A stretch of 64,000 nucleotides of DNA from assembly GCF_009914755.1 (NCBI RefSeq), contig NC_060947.1. One strand, given 5' to 3'. This DNA is from the human T2T-CHM13v2.0 reference genome, Homo sapiens. Position 1 is the stretch's first letter. Every line of letters begins with the position of its first letter. Below the pieces are notes generated by a model that was not told where the DNA came from, did not search any database, and was given only the letters and a program-made list of their open reading frames with translations. Below, piece by piece: positions 28,711-42,212 of this stretch. A program made the translations under genes and the position numbers.

Positions 28711-29423
28711 TGTCAACGAAAAGAGCCAAACTCTGTAAAATATTTGAAGAGATTTATTCAGAGCCAAATATGAGTGACCATGGCTGGTGACACAGCCCTC
28801 AGGAGGTCCTGAGAACATGTGCCCAAGGGGGTTGGGATGTAGCTTGGTTTTAATACCTTATAGGGAGGCATGAGACATCAATCAAATACATTTAATAAAT
28901 ACATTGGTTTGGTTCAGAAAGGTGGTACAACTCAAAGTGGGGGCTTCCAGGCTATAGGCAAATTTAAATACTTTCTGGTTGACAATTGGTTGAGTTGGTC
29001 TAGAGACCTGGGATTGACAGAAAGGAAATGTTAAGGTTAAGATAAAAGACTGTGGAGACCAAGGTTATTTTGAAGCCTTATAGTGGCTGCCCTTAGAGAC
29101 AATAGATGACTAATGTTTTCTATTCGGATCTTTAAAAGGTGCTAGATTTTTAGTCAATCTGTTTAGGATTGGGAGGGTCTGGAAGAAAAAGATTGGCTAT
29201 GTTAATAGAGATTCTTTACAGATGTAAATTTTCTTCCACAAAGGACAGCTTTGCAGGGCCATTTCAAGATATGGCAGAGAAACATGTTTTCACATAAAAT
29301 ATTTTGATTTACTTCCATGTCTCATAATATTGTGCCAGAGTCAGGTTGGAAAGTAAGTCATGATATATAGGATTAAATAAAACCCATCTGATGAAAATTT
29401 ATGGTTTGTAGGGCATGATTTCC
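28711..29423 (-). mobile_element. MER4 LTR, truncated
   Basis: tgtcaacgaaaagagccaaactctgtaaaatatttgaag; reverse homology to the 3' half of 55626-56268. Confidence 0.88.
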
Positions 29424-29899
29424 CATGTTCTCCAGGCTAGTCTCAAACTCATGGCCTCAAGCAATCCTCCTGCCTTGAACTCCCAAACTACTGATATTAC
29501 AAGCATAAGCCACGATGCTCAGTGCAGAGCAGGAAAGCTTCATACCAACAGAAACATAATTCCTTTCAATTTCTTCCCTGAAATGTCAGCAATTTCAGAA
29601 TAGAAGACTAAAGAAGGCAACCACACCAAATAGACTTTTTTTGCAAGATAATGCCTGACTCTTGAACTGATTTAAATTCCAAAGAGAATCACTTATGAGT
29701 TAATTTCTGTCTCCCTGGTCCATTCATTCTCTCTAATAATCACTTACTGCTGCCCAAAAGAATTTTCTACATTCCTTATCACCTCCCTCCCCTATGAAAA
29801 CACTTCTATATCCCATTGAGGGTTTGGGGTAATCATTTTTCCCCCAACCCCTGCCCCTCATGCATGTTAATAAAATTTGTATGCCTTTTATCCCATTAA

Positions 29900-31412
29900 T
29901 GAAACTGCCTTTGTAAAATTATGGCAATAAGAGAAATCTGACATCATTGACTTCATCTCACTCATAATTTTGAAGCTCTCCTCAGTAATTCATGGGCATA
30001 GGCCAAGCAAACTTTGGGAGAGATTTAGTTTGTAGTTTAATCTTAAAGCAAGGGTGATAATAGCTCTTCCCCAAACTAAATCACCCTTGTAAAACTAATG
30101 AAAGTCCCTGCAAGTAAGATTATGAGAGGGACTTGAATTCTGCTAAGATGTAGGCATAGTTTCTATAATCCCTTACTGCTCAAGAGTCAGGTAGCTGGAG
30201 ATGACAAGATTCGTGACTTCCACAGTTGCTCCTATAGATAATATCACTATTGTGGAAGCTAAGATTCATCTTTTGAGATTTTTTTTGCACACTTTTGTGT
30301 TCTGGCAACCAAGTTAATCCATCTGGACTTCTGATTCATGACTCAACCAGTCCTGTGGCCCCCCACTGAGAGGTGGACTCAATGCATGAGGACCATTTTT
30401 CACACTCCTATTATGGCAACTCCAACTGTTAGCGGTGGCAAATATCCAGGTTGCCAGTGCTGAATCTGTATGGGTCTGCAGCAACTTCAATTCTTGCCTC
30501 TCCAGAAGAAAGAATTCTACTGAGGTGCATAAGGCAGAAAAAGAGACTGGGGCAAGTTTCAGAGTGGGAGTGGAAGTTTATTGAAAAGCTTTAGAGCAGG
30601 AAAGAAAGGAAAATACACTTGGAAGGGATCCAAGTGGGCATCTTGGAAATCAAGCACCTTGTTTAACCTTGAACCTCAGATTTTATATGCCGGTCTACTT
30701 CTAGCATCTTGCATCCCTTTCCTTTCATTCTTCCCTAAAGGTGAGTCACCCGCATGCATGGTGCCCTCCTTGCACTCGGGAGGTGAACACGCACAGTGTG
30801 TTTAAGTAGTCGTAAGCATGCTCACCTGAGGCTTTCTTCCTTTTCTGGTGAAATGCCCTGGGAAGGTCATACTTCACCATTTTGTCTCTTAATGTACATG
30901 CTCAAGCCAACTCACCCCATTCCTGAGTTGTTATTGGAAGCTGTCAATTACCAATTTCAAGGGTTTTTATCTATTGAGAAATTGCCTCTTTCTGGCATTG
31001 GCTGTGATGAATTATTATTTTAGAGAGCCCAACCATCTGGAAACTGCCTCTCTCTGGTATGAGCTGCAATCAATTCTCATTCTAGAGAGGCAGTGTGATA
31101 ACTGCTAGGCCATCACCTGATGGTTGCCTGACATTCCCAGTGGGTGGAGGGTGAGCCCTCTCATGCCCCTCTGATGCCTGACTAGCTATATACTGAAACA
31201 CAACCAATCAGTAACTGCCATTACCTAGTCTTCTCCCTGCATACCAAATTTTCTTGAAAGACCATAACTCTAAGCCTTCAAGGAGACTGATTTGGGTAAA
31301 AAGCATGTCTCCTATGTGGCCAGTTTCCTGTCAAATAAATCCTTTCCTTACTGCAAATGCTGTGATCTCAGTGTTAGTGCAGCAGGCAGGAAAAGGCCAT
31401 CAAGTGATTACA
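29900..31412 (+). mobile_element. LTR8-like solo LTR interrupted by MER50
   Basis: TGAAACTGCCTTTGTAAAATTATG start, ...gattaca end, near-TSD ttaa/ttga. Confidence 0.82.
30427..31200 (-). mobile_element. MER50 solo LTR
   Basis: TG...CA ends, perfect TSD CAAC. Confidence 0.88.
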
Positions 31413-31439
31413 TTGATATGCTTCTTTTTAATTTGATTT

Positions 31440-32366
<927 letters not shown>

Positions 32367-32589
32367 AATGGCATGTTATCCTTTGTATTCTGCCTAACTA
32401 CATTTCTCCTTTCTCTGATAACTTATCTCTTGTTAATGGAAATAATACCGATGATGATCCTTCAGAAACATAAAATCTGAGGCTACAAATCTTTGGCAAA
32501 GGAGAAAGTGATAGTTATGACTCTTACATGAGGTTATGTTAATAAAATTCTAGTTGCTAATAATCAGAAATAAGACAAAAAGTCTGTCT

Positions 32590-32692
32590 TGTCTGTCTCT
32601 ATCTCTTTCTCTCTCTATATATATTTATGTATATATGTATGTATATATGGGTATGTGTATATCTATATATGTGTGTATATATGTGTGTGTGC
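32590..32692. repeat. Compound (CT)n/(TA)n/(TG)n microsatellite
   Basis: Read directly. Confidence 0.9.
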
Positions 32693-32997
32693 ATCCGCAT
32701 CCACCACACACACCCCCCAGAATAGCAATAGCAATAGAATTTCAGGGTGTTAGATGGACTACATTGTGAGACCAAAGCAAATATTTGATGGTTACTATGC
32801 CAATTATGAAGGAGATAAAGAAGACAAGAGAGAATGAGAGAGAGAAAATAATTTCAATTTAAAGGCAGTGGAAAAATGGCCCCAAAATCTTTCATATATT
32901 TTTAATATCATCAGTTTATATTGTGTATGACAGAATAATTTTTCCTTCTTATTTTTTAGAAAGATGTACATATTTCAGAGATAAGATTTAGGTTTCA

Positions 32998-33162
32998 GGT
33001 GTTCTCCAACCTTTCTGCATATCAGCACAAACACCTAATGAATGTGTTACAAATGTTAGTTTCTTAGCTCTACTAAATCTAAATTCTTTGAAGTATCTAT
33101 TTTAACAGGCTCTCTGGAGTGATGATCCTGATGTAACTGGCCCCTGGAGAGACATTTGGGAT
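32998..33162. mobile_element. MER5-like MITE
   Basis: gtgttctccaacc...tattttaacaggctctc...tgatcctgatg. Confidence 0.5.
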
Positions 33163-33327
33163 AATGTAAGTTTGGTAACTATTTCTTTTTTTTTTTTTTT
33201 AGTGGTAATGAAATGTCATTGAGCTTTTCTTTTATCTTTCTTGTTATAAGATGTTAAATACACTTTGATGCCAAAAAATAACCAGAATTCTTGATATTCT
33301 GCATTCCTGATGTTTCGTTTCAATTTT

Positions 33328-33850
33328 GACAAAAGACCATGAGATCTGCAGAGAAAAAAAGAAGAGCTATATTTTCTATAAGCAGTCTGCAGATTGGGGA
33401 GATACAACCTTCAATGCAAACTGAAAATGTGCTCTGAGGAGAGGTTGCAGAGTTAGAGCTTATAAAGGCACAAACAGTAGGGCAAGAGAAGGGAGTTAGG
33501 AGAGTGAGAAATAGAATGTTTTGACTGGATGAGCTTTAAGCCCAAACTCATCAGTCTTTCTTAATTGACTGGTTTCAGGCGATTAATTTGTTGACAGGAG
33601 ATAGTCTGTTGGTGATCAGTTGAGAAATATCCAGCTGCAGTCTATCTCAAGATTGACAACAAGAATTAGTTTGGCTTCATTGTGAAAAGGTAGGTTCATT
33701 GACACTTTTACATCTTTCAGAGAACACAGAGTGGGTGACCATTCCCTCACCCAGCCATGGCCACCTAATTCTGTTTAACTTGGAGCACCTCGGTGAGGCA
33801 TGGGGAGTCCATATTATCTGTCAACTGGGCGCATAGTTCAACGTTGCACA
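33328..33850 (-). mobile_element. ERV1-type LTR (MER31/MER67-like)
   Basis: LTR-like composition (gagtgggtgaccattccctcacccagccatggccacc); family uncertain. Confidence 0.5.
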
Positions 33851-34854
33851 AAAGTGACAGAGCTTGGGTTTATAAGTATTTTGTTTACATGTAACATGAT
33901 GAGACAGGCACTAGGTATATTGTTTTTTAATCTCAAAATTCAAGCTGAAAGATTAAACTTGATTATTGTTGATTTATGGAAGTTTGGGGTCATCTTAAGT
34001 TCTACAAATTTTTGTTTTAGAAAATTTAACTTATATTTTAATAAATTAGTATAAAATTATGCATCTAGTTTGTTCAGGTGATTTCTAACATTTTAGTAAA
34101 AAATGTATTAATCATTAATGTATTAATGATCTTTTAAGATTCTTTGGATCAAGAACATTGTTAATTAGTGAATTGCTTTCAATTATGCGAAAATGAGCAG
34201 AAATAAAATGGATTATATACAGACTATGTTGCAAGTTAATATCTGGAAGCCTGATTTTATACCTATCTAATCTATGCAAACAATTTTCATCAAACTGCCA
34301 GTTTCTCATCTTTGAAAGAAAAATTTGAAGCTTATTTTTCATTTCCGGCTAGTTCATGTTGTCCATTAACTCTTCCCTCCCAGAAATTTCTTTCAAATAA
34401 GAAGAGTTTAACTGATTATTAGAAAATTTCAGTATAGAAACAGATAAAATAGTATTGATTAATCAGAAGCAATCCAAATAGTTTAATGTCCGGTTACTTC
34501 AATTTTTTTTGTTTATTCATTTTAGATTTTTATTTCCTAGTGCCACAGTTATTTAAAAGTGGATTAAGATTCAACTAAAAAGTAGAGCTATATAATCTGT
34601 ATAATAGCAGATGTAATTGACACAAATCTGGAGAATTTACCTTAAAGAATAAACAAATTTAACATGCTATAAAAATAATGTGTCATAAATTAAGTGAACA
34701 AAATGTCAAGAAAAGTTTAAGTTTTTAAATATATCTAAGTAATTATAAATGCATTTCTTTCTCTTTTTTTTTAGTAGCATTAGGGGAAAATTGTAACTAA
34801 CGTAATTGTAAATGAATAGCTTGAATGTAAAATACATTACCTCCCCCCCTAGAT

Positions 34855-35168
34855 CTTTTTTCTAATTTTGTTTTTATTGACACATTATAATGGTTTATAT
34901 TTATAGAGTACGTTGTGATGTTTCCATACATATATACATTGTATAAAATCAAATCAGAATATTTAGCATATTCATCATCTCATACAGTTACCATTTCTTT
35001 GTGGTAATAACATTCAAAATTCTATCTTCTAGCTATTTTGAACTACACCATACAGTATAGTTAACAATAGGCACCCTGCTGTGCAAATAGAGCACCAGAA
35101 CTTATTTCTCCTAAGTATAACTGTAAACATTGGCCACTCTCTCCCTATTACTCTTCTACCACCCCCCT
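34855..35168 (-). mobile_element. L1MA 3' end
   Basis: ttttattgacacatt...ttctagctattttgaa...accagaacttattt. Confidence 0.8.
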
Positions 35169-35910
35169 TTGAAATTTTGGCCACATTTTCTTTTGGGCAA
35201 GCAGAAACAACAGTTAAGAGGAGTAAGAAGTTCCAGACTAGTGGTTCTGAATTCTGCACACATATCAAAATAAGTCTGGTGAAGGGGTTAAATTTAAAAG
35301 TATTTGATTTCAGGTCCTCACACCCAGATTAATTAACACAAAATATCTGGAGGTAAAGGCTAGGTATTTTGAAAAATAATAAACCTCGGTGATTTCATTT
35401 CACAGCTAGAAATAGAACCACTGCTTTAGACAGGTATTTTTTTTAAATTAGATATAATAAATTATTTGTTTTAGCATAAGATTAAATTTCTATAAAAAGC
35501 ATATATTCTAGTGTGAGGAATATAATTGCACACTATGTGCCATAGTAGAATATAATTTGGCTACTTCTAGAATACATTTCAAAATACATATTTATTATAT
35601 ATTACAGCAGAATGAGTTTCTTTGTTTTGTGGCTATGGTGTAATATGAACTATTTTATCATGCCTTTCTAAGCATGCATTCAGAGTTTATATGTAAAATC
35701 TGAAAAAATACCCATAGTATAATTACAATTTTAAAAAGTATGTGAATTATAACCCTATTTTTTAAATGTAAGTTATTTACAGTATTTTTACATGAATTTT
35801 ATTTGTTAAAGTATTTTGATTAAAAATATAACACATTTTTATTATTTTAGAAAATAAAGGCACAAAAACCTGTAACGATTCATAAATCAAAATCTATAAT
35901 TGGGGTTATA

Positions 35911-38900
35911 TAATTTTTATTTTTATTTTATTTTATTTCAACAGCTTTTGGGGTACAAGTGATTTTCTGTTACATGGATGAATTATACAGTGGTGAATTC
36001 TAAGATTTTGGTGCACCCATCACACAAGTAGTGCACATTGTATCTGATGCGTAGTGTTTTATCCCTAGTTCCCCTCCCACCCTCCCCCTTCTGAGTCTTT
36101 AAAATCTATTATATCACTCTGTACGCCTTTGCATATTGACAGCTTAGCTCCCAATTAGGAGTGAGAACATACAGCTTTTGGTTTACAGACCCTGTGTTGC
36201 TTCACCTAGAATAATGGCCTCCATTTCCATCCAAGTTGCTGCAAAAGACATTATCCTTTTCCTTTTAATGGCTAAGTAGTAATCAATGGTGTATATATAC
36301 CACCTTGTCTTCATAGTTTCAAACTTCTTTTAGCATTTCTTTTGGTGTTGATTTGGTAATAACAAATTCACTCAGCATTCATTTGTCTGAAAATTACTTT
36401 ATTTCTCCTTCGTTTATAAAACTTAGTTTTGTGGGATACAAAATTATTGACTGACAGTTGTTCTGTTTAAGGAGGTTGAAGACAGGTCCCCAATCTGGTT
36501 CGTAAGGTTTCTGCTGAGAAGTCTGCTGTTAGTCTGATAAGTATTCCTTTGCAGGTTATCAGAGGCTTTTGTTTTGCTGATCTTAGAAGTCTTTCTTTCA
36601 TGTTTACCGTACATAGCATGACAGCTATATGCCTTGGTGAAGATATTTTTGCAGTGAACTTCTCAGGAGTTCTTCGAGCTACTTGGATTTGGATATCTAG
36701 ATCTCTAGCCAGGACAAGAAAGTTTTTCTCAATTATTCCCTCAAATAAGTTTTTCAGATTTATTATTTTCTCTTTTGCCTCAGGAACATTAATTGTTCTT
36801 AGATTTGGCCATTTTACATAATTCCATATTCTTGAAGACCTTGTGAATTTCTTTTGATTCTTTTTTCTTTAATTTTTGTCTGATTGGGTTGATTCAAAAG
36901 ACTTGTCTTTGAGCGCTTAAATTTTTTCTTCTATTTGTCCTACTCTATTTTTAAAACTTTCTACTGCATTTTGTAATTCCCTCAGTGTGTCTTTCATTTT
37001 CAGAAGTTCTGACTGTATTTTTTAAATTATGATATCACTCTCTCTAGAAATTTTTTCATTCATATGCCAAACTGCTTTTTAAGTATCTTTATGGTGGTTT
37101 TTACCTCTCTCTGATATCTTCTTGAGTAGCTTAATAATTGACCTTCTGAATTCATTATGTGGTATTTCAAAGATTTCTTCTTGGTTTGAGTCCATTCCTG
37201 GAGAGCTAGTGTGATCTTTTGGGGGTGTTATAGCATCTTATTTTGTCATATTACCAGAATTATTTTTCTGGTTCCTTCTCATTCAGGTAGACTATTTCCC
37301 TCTAATTATTCTTGAACTTATGTTTGATTTTACTGTGGATTTTTGTTTCGTTTTATTTTTAAATCTTTTTTTCTTCTTAATGACGATACTTTAATGCTTA
37401 TGGTAAATTATAGCCTAATTCGGTTCTTGGTGCTTTCAGGGGTGAAGATTGTAAAAGTTCTTTGGTTATAGAGAGTCTTTGTATGATGGCTTTCTCATAT
37501 TCTGGTTGTAGTAGCAATGTGCTTGGTATATGAGCAAGTTTACTATCTCCTATGGGGTTAGAAGGGTAAAGTTCTCTTAAAGCTTATCGCATTACCCCGT
37601 GGCATGCACTCCTTATTTATTTATTTTACCTCAGTATTTTATGTACTTTTTTGATGTTTCAGACTTCAGGCCAGTAGAGGACATATCCCTGAGTAGAAAT
37701 TGGTTGCAGCTAAAGCACGTGGCTAAGTGAAATATCAGCCTTGTCAGAGGTGGCTGGAAGAGCTTCCAATGAATTGCACCGAGGTCTTATCAAGGGGAAG
37801 GGTTGGAGCCACCTTAGCTTCCCCGCCAGATCAGCAGGAAGGTCCACCTCTCAAACACACTCTTGTCCCAGTCCTATGACTATTCAGATCAGACAGGCAC
37901 CCCTTTTTATCTATAGGAATGTTCATATTCCAAGTAGAGTGAAATTGTGATTCTCTCTCATGCAAGGCTGAACCTGGAGGGTGCTCTTCCTGTGGGGATG
38001 CAGTCACCCCTTACGTGTTCCAGAAAGGTGGTCTGTAGTTGCACCAACACAGAACACACCTGGGGGAAGCTCCAACTGTGACTACAGTGGTGAGCAAAAG
38101 AAGAAAGACTTCCTTTTCCTCAAGACCCTTCATGCACACCAGGGCTGTCTGTATTGGGATAGAGCTGAAGACTTTCCCTTCTGAGTTAAAACATTGCAGC
38201 TGTACCTCTGCTAAAAGAAGCTTTCTACCAGGGGATAGATCTGTTTCTCAAGGCCTGCCATCCAGATTCTTTTGTCCCACAGGGCTTTCCCTTATGATAT
38301 ACTCCCCCTTCACCTAGGACTGGGAGTTCCTAGGAGTCAGACTACTGTGAGTGTTGTCGTTCTTCTGGGTCTAGCTGCCCAGTGAAGTTGCAACACTTCA
38401 GGCTGGTACTGGAGAATGTCTGCAAGGATCCGGTGATGTGACCTGTCCTCAAGTTTCCCAACAGTAGATAGCAGCACAAGCTCTAATGGGGGTTACAGGG
38501 AACTGATGTAGACTCTGTGAAATTCCTTGGTTATTGATAGCCTTAGTGTTTTGGCTTTCTTGAACTTCAGTTATAGTATAATGAACTGGTCACATGGACA
38601 GACTCAGGACCTCCTGGTTGGCCAAAGTGGCGCAGGCAGTGGTGACAGCTGAGATCACACAAGCATTTTGTTCTTCCTGGGTACAGTGTTATTATGCCAG
38701 GAGAAACTGTAATGGACTGTGTTCGTTGGCCTCCAGCCAGGAGGTGGTGCCTAGAAAAGAGCACTAGCTACCGTAAAAACAGTTTGATTTTTGCTTCCTT
38801 AATTGCCCAAGGAGGTATTCTGGTTTCTCAGGCAATTGGCAGGGCCATGAAGCTCTCAAAATATTCTGTATTTTGTGTTAAGCTACCAGGGCGGGTGGTG

Positions 38901-40236
38901 GGGCAAAGCTAGGTAGAGGTTGGGTCAACACCATTTGCACTTTGGATTTTCATGTACAGTGAAAGCAGCAACACTTGTGGGTTTGCGGGGATGAGAGTAA
39001 GGCAGGAAAATAGGGTCTGGAGGCAGGAAACATAGGCCGACTCACACTTCACTTATAACAGGTAATACTCTCTCCATAGGGGTATGCCTTAAATTATTTT
39101 GTAACTTTACTTCATCCTCTCCATTTACATAGGGCGAACCCAAAGTAACCAATGGAATCCTCTAGGGGGTATTTAAACTCCCCAAAATTCTGTAACGGGA
39201 CCTTTGAGCCCCTATGCTCCAGCCTGCTCCCACACTGTGGAGTGCACCTTCATTTTCAACAAAACCCTTCATTCTTTCCTTTCTTTGTGCATTTTGTCCA
39301 ATTCTTTGTTCAAGACGCCAAGAACCTGAACACCCTCCATGGTTAACAGGAGCGGGTCTCAGGCCAGTGGGTTGATGTTTCAGAGAGGAATATTGATGCC
39401 TCTACTGCACAGAAGTTTTTGTGCAGTGAATGGGGAGTAGCAGGCTGCAGTAAGCCCCACAGAGTTGCCACATACCTGGTGAGGCAGATCCACACCTGCA
39501 GTGCTCCACTGGGAGCAGTGAGCTGAGCTCCAGTCAGCCTTTAATCAGACTTCACCACTGCTAGTAGTCCTAAGTTTTCCGTGGGGAGATAGAAACCGCA
39601 GCTTTCAGGCCAGGCTGTCAGCTGAAAAGCTGAGCTCCTGCCTCCTGCACTTGGTACTCCTGCACTCACAGCCTGCTTTACTCTCTCTGTCACCTTGGCC
39701 CTGGCCAAGGGAATTTATCCCCACCCAAGGTTATATCATGAAACCCTGTTAGGAGTTTCTTTCAACCTGTGACAACTACTTGAAATTTTTTGCTGTTCTC
39801 CGCAGGGTCCTTTCTGAGAAACAGTAAGGAATGACTGCCCTCAGCCCACACTGGAATCTGGGAGTGCACGCAAGGGTCTTCCCATAACTGCTCCTAATGT
39901 CGTATTCCGCAACCTTCCCCAAGTCAGTTCCTGCACTGGGTGGAACTAGGGCCTTCCCCAGTGGCCTGGACTTTCAGGGACCCTGTGGGAGTGTGTATCC
40001 TGGAGGCAAACTCTCCCCGTCTCACACCCTGGGGACTGGCAGTCCTTCATCTGACTCACATTGTAGGCTGCAGCCTCCTACTTGCTTCAAAGTGTCCATA
40101 AATTTCTTCGGTTTTCCTGTTCAGTTCCTACACTGCTTCTTGTAAAAAAAATTTACACCGTGAATTTCTACAAATTATTTTGTCCTTGCAAGTGGGAGAG
40201 GTATGCTAGCAACGCCTCTTATCTACCATCGTAAAA
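35911..40236 (-). mobile_element. L1PB-like LINE with 5' UTR, ORF1 and 3' UTR but essentially no ORF2
   Basis: Poly(T) tail, L1PB 3' UTR to ~36303, then ORF1 3' end (gctgagaagtctgctgttagtctgat), 5' terminus ccatcgt at ~40232, diverged TSD. Confidence 0.85.
38998..39348 (+). mobile_element. MER51(B)-like solo LTR in the L1 5' UTR
   Basis: aggcaggaaaatagggtctggaggcagg start, CCAAT box, ...ggttaaca end, TSD agag/ggag. Confidence 0.85.
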
Positions 40237-40435
40237 ATAATGGGATTGTATTTTTGAAAGTAGATTTGTATCCTGTTTTTTGGCTTAATAAATATTTTAG
40301 TCTGAATTCTGTCATGTTATTGACTATTATTTAAAAACCGTTTTTTTAGAAGCTACATTATATTATAAAGTGTTAATGTGGCATATTTTTTTTTAATTTT
40401 TCTGTTGTAAATATTATTGTAAAATACTACAATTA

Positions 40436-40578
40436 GAGATTGGTGACATGTTCCTGTAATTTCAGCTACTGAGGAAGCTGAGGTGGGAGGATCTCTTACA
40501 CCAGGAGTTTGTGACCATCCTGGACAACATAGCAAAGCCATCTTAAAACACACAATCAAACAAACAAACAGAAAAAAA
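40436..40578 (+). mobile_element. FLAM/Alu monomer
   Basis: Single Alu arm, (CAAA)n tail, TSD aaaatactacaatta/aaaatgttacaatta. Confidence 0.85.
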
Positions 40579-40609
40579 TGTTACAATTAAAAATACTTGC
40601 CCACCTTTG

Positions 40610-40732
40610 AAATATTCCCAATTAAATATTTCCAAAAGAGTAACTGGTTCAAATATTATTAGATATTATTAGAATATTTCAAATATTCCCAATTAAATAT
40701 TTCCAAAAGAATAACTGGTTCAAATATTATTA
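40610..40732. repeat. 52-bp direct duplication with 19-bp filler
   Basis: Copies at 40610-40661 and 40681-40732 differ by 1 mismatch. Confidence 0.92.
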
Positions 40733-41682
40733 ATATGTTTCTCAAATTGCTTGTCTGGTTTTATCAATTTATATTATCAGCAGATGTACCAACAAATATC
40801 TTTGATATTTTGAGCTTGATGGCTTCTAAGAAAGAAAAATTAACTTTTGCCCTAAGACTGAAAACTTTGTAGGATAAAAGAAATTTCTTCCAATAGACTG
40901 AAAATCTCTCATAAATTACTGGCTCCTGTCCTTGTTAACAAGCATGGGCTATGGGAATAAGTTCTAGTAGTAGAAAATAGCAGGGGATCCCTGAAACAAA
41001 TGTCTCAAAGAGCAGAAATGACTAGAGAGTTGGGTAGAACCTATTTCAAACTGTGTCATAATGAGAAAAAGTAATTATAAACTAATATCATAAACACTGA
41101 AACTTTCCCTCCAAGAAGCAAGTTTATCTCCTGTGGTAACAGTTATATGAGTAAATCTAAAGAGCCCATATTTTGTAGCCTCCGAGCAAATTTTGGCATG
41201 AAAATCACCTGGATAAGAAAAGTGTTAGTGGAAATGAATTTAGACTATTCCTCATCAATCTTTAGTGACCTCACTGTTGAAGCAAGTGTTTTTAGAATAA
41301 CATTATTTCCAACACAATCAGAATAATGAGGATTACAGAAATATAATGAGAATAATCAGAAGTCTCACTCAAATATTTTCGATGTTGTGTAGTGATTATA
41401 GATTATGAACTCACTGGATACAATTTTATAGATGAGCATACTTTAAAACCTTTAAAAAATATGTTTTCTTCTATAATTTTTTTTTTTTGCCAGATGACAG
41501 GGAGACGCAGATCTGACTCCAATTTAAATAAAAGCCCTCATATTGCATGGCGTTAGACATGAAAGATAATATTAATTTAGGCCCCCAACTCAATTGAGGC
41601 TTGATTTATGGCCATGGATTGTCAGAAGAGATTATTGCAACCTTCATCCAAAGCAGTTCATAGCTGAGATAGGTAAAGTCCC

Positions 41683-41980
41683 TTTTTTATTTTTTTTGAG
41701 ACAGGGTTTCACTCTGTCACCCCAGCTGGAGTGCAATGGCACAATCATGGCTCACTGCAGCCTCAGCCTCATGGGGCTCAAGTGATCCTCCCACCTCAGC
41801 TTCCCTAACAGCTGGGACTGCAGGTGCATGCCACCATACCCAGATAATTTTTGTAATTTTTGTAGAGATGGGGTTTTCCCATGGTGCCCAAGCTGGTCTC
41901 AAACTCCTGGGTTCAAGTGATCCTCTCACCTCAGCCTCCCAAAGTGCTAGGATTACAGGTGTGAGCCACCGCACCTGGCC
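41683..41980 (-). mobile_element. AluJ SINE
   Basis: J diagnostics (gctcaagtgatcctcc), TSD aaagtccctttt/aaggtccctttt. Confidence 0.95.
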
Positions 41981-42212
41981 AAGGTCCCTTTTATCTGCAT
42001 CTGAGAGGCCAATCTTTTTATGATTCTCTATTTCCCTGAGAGAGAGACATTGTGTAGGTCATTGCTCAGTTTCAATTAATGCCCCCATTGCAAGCTAGTA
42101 ATTGCCTCCCCACTCCCCAACCAAATGGAGATTCTCTAGAGCAAAGTCCAAGGAGCTGCCCCTGGAAGCACATATAATATTTTGTCATAAGCTCCACTCT
42201 ACATTCTAGCCT

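Larger units (their letters stand above)
28204..29522 (-). mobile_element. AluJ split into 28204-28349 and ~29424-29522
   Basis: gagacagggtctcactttgtcacccagg... and catgttctccaggctagtctcaaactc... Confidence 0.85.
28067..29899 (+). mobile_element. MER34-group LTR split by Alu, THE1 and MER4 insertions
   Basis: 5' part 28067-28200 and 3' part 29525-29899 resemble 23956-24565. Confidence 0.65.

Noticed and set aside
34115-34342. 75-aa ORF in unassigned sequence
   Set aside because: No recognisable homology or splice context; length expected by chance
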